From: a bacterium
GTDB taxonomy: Bacteria; Zhuqueibacterota; Zhuqueibacteria; Zhuqueibacterales; Zhuqueibacteraceae
Assembly: GCA_044869275.1 (NCBI GenBank)
Contig: JBIOXB010000207.1
Location: 1 to 40,897, forward strand
Direction: 5' to 3'
Length of the DNA stretch: 40,897 bases
Shown here: one piece after another, positions 35,566-40,897 of the stretch
Layout of the letters: every line of letters begins with the position of its first letter
Numbering within the stretch: the stretch's first letter is position 1
Made by a program: the position numbers and the translations under genes
The notes under the pieces: generated by a model
What the model was told of the DNA's origin: nothing
What the model saw: only the letters and a program-made list of their open reading frames with translations
The model's database searches: none

Positions 35566-35593
35566 AATGTATCTCACTCTCGGGAGGGTTATC

Positions 35594-36502
35594 ATGCGCA
35601 AAAAAGCATTGCTGATCGGTATCAACGATTATCCCGACGCGCCTCTGCGTGGTTGCGTCAACGACGTGCTGCAAATGAAAGAGACGCTGCTCGATTTATT
35701 CGAGTTCGCGCCGGAAAACATTCGCGTGATCCTGGATCGCGACGCCACAAAGAAGGGCATCGTGCAAGGCCTGGATTGGCTGGCGCAAGGCGGCAACGAG
35801 CCGGCCGTGCGCCTGTTTCATTATGCCGGGCACGGCCATTTCGTGCCGGACAAGAACGGCGACGAGCCTGACGGCGCCGACGAAGCGCTGGTACCTTATG
35901 ATTACGCGCGCAGCGGCAACCTGATCGACGACCATCTCAAGGAGCTTTACGATCGCTTTCCGGCAACCGGCAATCTCACACTGATCATGGACTGCTGCCA
36001 CTCTGGCACCAACCAGCGCGATGCCGAGCACGACATCTGCTATCGCTTCCTGCCGGTGAGTTACAGCGAACGCAAAGCGATTGCCGAGGCAAAGAGAAAA
36101 TTCCTGCGGGAGCAGCGCGAATTCGTGCTGCAAGAGATGCGGCAATTTCAGCAGCCGAAAGCCATGCGCGGGCCGGATGAAGAATTCGAAAAGCGCATTT
36201 GGGGAGTGATGCAGGGTTTCGAAAAGCAGCGCTACGGCGATCATCGCGTGCGCGAGGGCAACGTGCTGCTCTCCGCCTGCCAAAGCGACCAGAAAGCAGC
36301 GGATGCCAGCTTCGGGAAAACCTATCATGGCGCCTTCACGTTCTTCTTGATCAAAATTCTACGCGAATCCCAGGGGCGCGTCAACCATCTCGAACTGGTG
36401 CAGAAACTGGGAGACTTGCTGGAAGACCATGGCTTCAAGCAAGTTCCTCAACTCGAATGCCTGGAAGGGCGGGAGAAAGCAGGCCTGCTGACGCAGTTCT
36501 AG
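35594..36502 (+). CDS. Caspase-family (C14B) metacaspase 2, 302 aa, paralog of the previous gene
   Basis: Same motifs (LRGCVNDV, FHYAGHG, DCCHSG, DEPDGADEALVPYD, GAFT); GGGAGG RBS before ATG 35594. Confidence 0.93.
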   Translation: MRKKALLIGINDYPDAPLRGCVNDVLQMKETLLDLFEFAPENIRVILDRDATKKGIVQGLDWLAQGGNEPAVRLFHYAGHGHFVPDKNGDEPDGADEALVPYDYARSGNLIDDHLKELYDRFPATGNLTLIMDCCHSGTNQRDAEHDICYRFLPVSYSERKAIAEAKRKFLREQREFVLQEMRQFQQPKAMRGPDEEFEKRIWGVMQGFEKQRYGDHRVREGNVLLSACQSDQKAADASFGKTYHGAFTFFLIKILRESQGRVNHLELVQKLGDLLEDHGFKQVPQLECLEGREKAGLLTQF

Positions 36503-36525
36503 TTTGACAGTTGGTGACGCAAAGC

Positions 36526-36960
36526 ATGAAGATCAGCATGGAGCAAGAAAAGGCGGCAGTGGCATGGGGCGAGTGTCTTGCGAATTGCGTCCGGCAGCGA
36601 TTCGGGAATGATCTCAATGCCCTGCTGCACACCATGCGTATACGCCTGCTGGCCGTGCCGCAAGATCAACCCGAATTTCCCCGGCCACGTTTGGCGGTTT
36701 GGGAGGGCGACACGCGCACGATTCGGCTTTTCATCAGGCCTTTGCGCGAAAAATTCAGCGATTGGGATTTTGCCGCCCGCCGCGCCTGCACGCACGAATT
36801 GTTTCATGCACTCTCCGCCGATCGTTATCGTTTCATACTCCCTCCGGCCTCCCCTCCTGTTCTCTCCCCACAAAATGAAGAGTGCGCCGCAGAGGCTTTT
36901 TCGCATTCCATGGCACGGAATTTCTGTTTGACTTTGGAGGGCCGGGTGCTTAATTTCTGA
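36526..36960 (+). CDS. Small HExxH protein resembling ImmA/IrrE (M78) metallopeptidases
   Basis: R...THELFH followed by EECAAEAFS (E..A..F third-ligand pattern); begins 23 nt after the metacaspase 2 stop. Confidence 0.6.
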   Translation: MKISMEQEKAAVAWGECLANCVRQRFGNDLNALLHTMRIRLLAVPQDQPEFPRPRLAVWEGDTRTIRLFIRPLREKFSDWDFAARRACTHELFHALSADRYRFILPPASPPVLSPQNEECAAEAFSHSMARNFCLTLEGRVLNF

Positions 36961-37137
36961 TGCAATTCCATCTTCCCTTGGAAGATTGCCCGCGAAACAC
37001 GCGAAGCAGATTTTGACCGGCATTGTGCCCGTGTATTTTCGCATGCCTCGTGCACCGCCTCGGGGCAGGGCAAAACAGGATCAGCAAGGGTAGCGCGGCC
37101 TTTGAGGAAAACAAATCCCGGGTGAAGAACTGCCCGC

Positions 37138-38733
37138 TTGTTTGGAGAATACCCCGTGCTCGTCTCGCTGCTTTTGATCTTCGTGTTTCTCGTTTTCGTG
37201 GCATTGATGTATCTCAAAAAGATCTCGGCGATGCTGGCGCTGCCGGTGATGGCGCTGGTTTTCGCCGTGGCGACCAACCTCCCCAACGCATACATTTTAA
37301 AAGATATTCTCGAGGACGGGCCGCAGCGTTTCGGTGCAGCGATTATGGCGGCGATTTTCGGCAGTATGCTCGCGCTCTTCATTCGCCATCAGGGCATTGC
37401 CGAAGCGCTGGCGCGCTATGCGGCCGAACTCGGCGGTGAAAGGCCGCGCATGCTCGGCATCAGCATGATGCTCGTCACCGCGGTGCTTTTCATCACGCTG
37501 CACGGTCTCGGCGCCGTTATCATGGTCGGCTCGATCATTCTGCCCATGATGATGAGCGCCGGCATTCCGCCGCTCACCGCCGCCACGATCATGCTCCTCG
37601 GCCTGTCCATGGGCGGCACCCTAAACTTGGTGAATTGGCAGCTCTACGTTAGCGTATTGGGCTTGCCGAAATCCCAGGTGCGCGATTTCATGATCATTGT
37701 CTTTTTGCTGTATGCCGTGGTCGGCCTCGCTTTTTGCTGGTGGGGCCTTCGCCCGAGCCAGTTGCACCGCTTTTGGTCCGAACCCGTGTCCCCAGCCGCG
37801 CAACCGCTGCGGCGGCTGGCATTGCTGGCGCCGATTTCTCCGTTGCTCTGCGTGCTGCTTCTGCAATGGCCGATCGTTCCATCTTTTGTTGCCGGTTTGC
37901 TTTTCACGCTCTTGGTTTCAACTCAAGCGGGCCAGCTTGCGCTGGTTTCGCTCTTGGTTTTGATGGCCAATCTCGGGGTGCTTTCGTTCTATCTGCCGGA
38001 GCTCGGGGCGCAACACCTAGAGAAAAAACTCTCCACTTTGCAGGCCGCGGCCAGCGGTGTTCTGGCGCTGCTGCCATTCCTCGTTTGGACGGTTTTCACG
38101 CTCTGGCGCGTGCACCGTCGTCGGGAAGGAACGCGCTTCTATATAGCCGTGCTCGTCCCGCTGGTGCCGCTGCTGGGCATACATTTTTTGCATCTCGACT
38201 TTATCTCGGCATTTCTGAGCGGTTTTTTGCTGGCCATCATTCTAACCATCCGGCGTGAGACCGTACAAAGCTTCACGAAATCAACTCTGGACGCCTTTGA
38301 AAGCGCGGCACCCGCGGTATTGTTGATCATGGGCATCGGCATGCTGCTGGCGACCGTCAGCCACGAGAACATTCGTGCCGCGCTCGACCCGATCATGCGC
38401 AAGTTCATACCGCAATCGCCTTTGACTTTCGTTCTGATGTTCGGATTGCTAGCGCCGCTGGCGTTGTATCGCGGCCCGCTCAATATCTGGGGCATGGGCA
38501 GCGGATTGACGGCCATTTTTCTCGCCACCGGCGCGATGCGTCCGGAAGCGATCATGGCGGTGCTCGCTTCCGTCAGTGCCGTGCAAGCAGTGTGCGATCC
38601 CACCAACACGCACAACGTGTGGATCGCCTCGCAAACCAAAGTCGAGACCTCCGACATTTTGCGCCGCACACTGCCGATGATTTGGCCGATGAGTGTCATT
38701 GCTTTGACCATTGCCGCGGCGTGGTATTATTAA
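37138..38733 (+). CDS. Ion-transporter-superfamily membrane protein (citrate/gluconate transporter-like)
   Basis: Many TM helices; AELGG..P, GLGAVIMVG.I.LP, PLALYRGPLN.WGMGSG and CDPTNTHNVW motifs. Confidence 0.8.
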   Translation: MFGEYPVLVSLLLIFVFLVFVALMYLKKISAMLALPVMALVFAVATNLPNAYILKDILEDGPQRFGAAIMAAIFGSMLALFIRHQGIAEALARYAAELGGERPRMLGISMMLVTAVLFITLHGLGAVIMVGSIILPMMMSAGIPPLTAATIMLLGLSMGGTLNLVNWQLYVSVLGLPKSQVRDFMIIVFLLYAVVGLAFCWWGLRPSQLHRFWSEPVSPAAQPLRRLALLAPISPLLCVLLLQWPIVPSFVAGLLFTLLVSTQAGQLALVSLLVLMANLGVLSFYLPELGAQHLEKKLSTLQAAASGVLALLPFLVWTVFTLWRVHRRREGTRFYIAVLVPLVPLLGIHFLHLDFISAFLSGFLLAIILTIRRETVQSFTKSTLDAFESAAPAVLLIMGIGMLLATVSHENIRAALDPIMRKFIPQSPLTFVLMFGLLAPLALYRGPLNIWGMGSGLTAIFLATGAMRPEAIMAVLASVSAVQAVCDPTNTHNVWIASQTKVETSDILRRTLPMIWPMSVIALTIAAAWYY

Positions 38734-38739
38734 TGCGAT

Positions 38740-38772
38740 TTACACGTTACACCTTACACGTGTAAGGTGTAA
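38740..38772. repeat. TTACACn palindromic intergenic element, copy 4
   Basis: ttacacg-ttacaccttacacgtgtaaggtgtaa; 38747-38772 is a perfect 26-bp palindrome ending 13 nt before the uvrC start. Confidence 0.9.
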
Positions 38773-38785
38773 AAGAGTTCTTCTC

Positions 38786-40672
38786 GTGTCCACTACACTG
38801 CAAAGCAAACTTGAGAACCTGCCGGCCAAGCCGGGCGTCTATCAATTCAAAGATCGCACCGGCAAGATCATCTATGTGGGCAAGGCCAAAGTCTTGCGCC
38901 ATCGCGTACGTTCGTATTTTCAAGAAAGCCGCCCGCTCGATCCCAAAACCTTTCGGCTGGTATCGCGCATCGCGGATCTCGAGACCATCGTCACCGATTC
39001 CGAAATGGAAGCGCTGATTCTTGAGATGAATCTGATCAAAGAATACAAGCCACGCTACAACGTCAATTTGCGCGACGATAAGAGCTTTCCCTACATTCGC
39101 GTCACCCCGGAGATGTTCCCGCGCATTTTCCCCACACGCAAAGTGGTGAACGATGGCTCGCAGTATTTTGGACCGTACACGGATGTTGGCCAAATGCGCT
39201 CTTTGCTGCGCACGGTCAAACGCATCTTTCCCATTCGCAGTTGCAACTATAACTTCACGCCGGAAATCATTGCCAAGAAGAAATACAAGCTTTGCTTGGA
39301 CTACTACATCAAAAAATGCGACGGCCCTTGTGAGGCCTTGATCAGCGCGGCGGAATACGGCAAGGTGGTGCAGCAAGTCGTGGATTTTATCAACGGCCGC
39401 GGCCAGAAAGTTGTCAATGAGATGCAGGAAAAGATGCTGCAGCTTGCCGAGCACAAGCTCTATGAACAGGCGGCCAAAATGCGCGATCGCATTCGCTTCA
39501 TCGAAGAATTTCAATACCGGCAGAAAGTGGTGACCGACGATCTGAAAGACCGTGACATCGTGGCCGTGGCGATGGAAGACGAAGACGCGGCGGGCGCAGT
39601 GTTCAAAGTGCGCGACGGCAAAATCATCGGCCGGCAGCATTATTATCTCAGTGGTGTGTTTCAAGAAACTTACGAAAATGTCGTGGCTTCTTTCACCAAA
39701 CAGTTTTACTTGAAGGCGGATTTTGTTCCGGAAGAAGTCTATTTGCCCAGTGAGATTTCCGAGGGGGAGGAAGTTCAGGCTTGGCTGGCGGCGCGGCGCG
39801 GCGGTCCGGTGAAATTGATCACCCCCAAGCTCGGCGCGAAGGCAAGAATCGTGGAGATGTGCGCGAAAAATGCGCGCTTGCTGCTGCAGGAATTGCAGTT
39901 GCAGAAAATGCAAGCCCGGCTGAAAGTGCCGCACAGCATTGCGGCGTTGCAGCGCGATTTGCATCTGGAAAACCCGCCGCGGCGCATCGAATGCTTTGAC
40001 ATCTCGAACATTCAAGGCACGGACGCGGTGGCGGCGATGGTGACCTTCGAAGACGGCCGGCCGAAAAAATCGGACTATCGCAAATTCAAAATCCGCGGTA
40101 AACAAACGCCGGATGATTTTGCCATGATGGCCGAGGCGGTTGAGCGCCGTTATTCCGGCTCGCTGTCGAAAAAAATGCCCTTGCCGGACTTGATTCTCGT
40201 CGATGGCGGCAAAGGCCAGTTGTATACGGCATTGGGGATTCTGCAAAAATTAGATCTGAAAATTCCGCTGGCCGCACTGGCAAAACGGCTCGACGAGGTG
40301 TTCGTGCCCGGCGCCCTGGAGGCGCAAAACATCCCGCGCCATTCCTCCGGCCTAAAACTTCTCCAACAGTTGCGCGACGAAGCCCACCGCTTTGGCGTGA
40401 CTTTTCACCGCACGCTGCGCACCAAACGCACGACGATTTCGGAACTGAACAAAATCGCCGGCGTCGGCCCGGCGCGGCGAAACGCGTTGATCAAATTCTA
40501 TGGCTCGATCGAGGCGGTGCGCCAGGCCTCGGTGGATGAATTGACCCTGGTCAAAGGCATCACGCCCGAGCTCGCACAGCGCATTTGGGATTATTTTCAT
40601 ACGGTGAAAGACAGAAAAAAAATAACCCTCACGCCTCCCTCCACGTCTTCGGGCGAAGAAGCGCGGCAATAA
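38786..40672 (+). CDS. uvrC: Excinuclease ABC subunit C
   Basis: PGVY...IIYVGKAK.LR.RVRSYF (GIY-YIG), C...C..PC, UVR domain, RIECFDISN, DDFAMM, DGGKGQL, RDEAHRF and HhH motifs; GTG start. Confidence 0.97.
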   Translation: MSTTLQSKLENLPAKPGVYQFKDRTGKIIYVGKAKVLRHRVRSYFQESRPLDPKTFRLVSRIADLETIVTDSEMEALILEMNLIKEYKPRYNVNLRDDKSFPYIRVTPEMFPRIFPTRKVVNDGSQYFGPYTDVGQMRSLLRTVKRIFPIRSCNYNFTPEIIAKKKYKLCLDYYIKKCDGPCEALISAAEYGKVVQQVVDFINGRGQKVVNEMQEKMLQLAEHKLYEQAAKMRDRIRFIEEFQYRQKVVTDDLKDRDIVAVAMEDEDAAGAVFKVRDGKIIGRQHYYLSGVFQETYENVVASFTKQFYLKADFVPEEVYLPSEISEGEEVQAWLAARRGGPVKLITPKLGAKARIVEMCAKNARLLLQELQLQKMQARLKVPHSIAALQRDLHLENPPRRIECFDISNIQGTDAVAAMVTFEDGRPKKSDYRKFKIRGKQTPDDFAMMAEAVERRYSGSLSKKMPLPDLILVDGGKGQLYTALGILQKLDLKIPLAALAKRLDEVFVPGALEAQNIPRHSSGLKLLQQLRDEAHRFGVTFHRTLRTKRTTISELNKIAGVGPARRNALIKFYGSIEAVRQASVDELTLVKGITPELAQRIWDYFHTVKDRKKITLTPPSTSSGEEARQ

Positions 40673-40897
40673 TTTCTTCCCGCAACCATTGCGAGCTGAA
40701 CAATCAATGATTCTGTTTCAGAAGAATTACGATGCCGGGCACACCATGAACATGATTCGGCATGATCATGCAAGCGTCCAAATGGACAGATGAGAAATAG
40801 CGAACGGTAAAACACTCGCTATCTTCTAGCGGTTTTCCATTCGCTCCTTTATGAATCGAGAAGGTGGTTAAGCCGGCCAATGCTTCACGGCGCTAAA

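Noticed and set aside
38740..38772. A known LexA box upstream of uvrC
   Set aside because: Does not match the LexA boxes I know (CTGT-N8-ACAG, GAAC-N4-GTTC, GTTC-N7-GTTC), and the motif also precedes non-repair genes; kept as an unassigned repeat
40673..40897. Gene or RNA at the right edge
   Set aside because: Only short ORFs and weak CATGA repeats; nothing supportable

Overview
40.9-kb window of mostly GC-rich coding DNA from a diderm bacterium (TonB receptor, Omp85 protein, lipoproteins). Gene content and repeat style suggest an FCB-adjacent lineage such as KSB1/Calditrichota, but that is only an impression. There are about 33 genes or gene fragments and no rRNA, tRNA, CRISPR array or transposase. 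Ordinary genes include SDR, AIR-synthase-like, dGTPase, YheT hydrolase, quinone oxidoreductase, citrate synthase, amidohydrolase, FAD/Fe-S oxidoreductase, an IT-family transporter and uvrC. The less ordinary content is: (1) a co-oriented protease cluster at 32.1-37.0 kb, made of a free-standing subtilase propeptide, an S8 protease with a Gly-rich CxC insertion, two tandem 302-aa metacaspases and a small IrrE/ImmA-like HExxH protein; (2) a 33-nt TTACACn-based palindrome in four intergenic spacers, with compensatory substitutions, including upstream of metacaspase 2 and uvrC; (3) HU coupled to an HU-TM-LysM fusion; (4) a peptidase-PD40-Omp85 / BamB-like / PEGA operon; (5) a small toxin-immunity-like pair whose first gene carries an in-frame amber codon and is missed by the ORF track; (6) a TonB receptor split by one extra base in an A7/T7 run; (7) several REP/MITE-like and short-period intergenic repeats.
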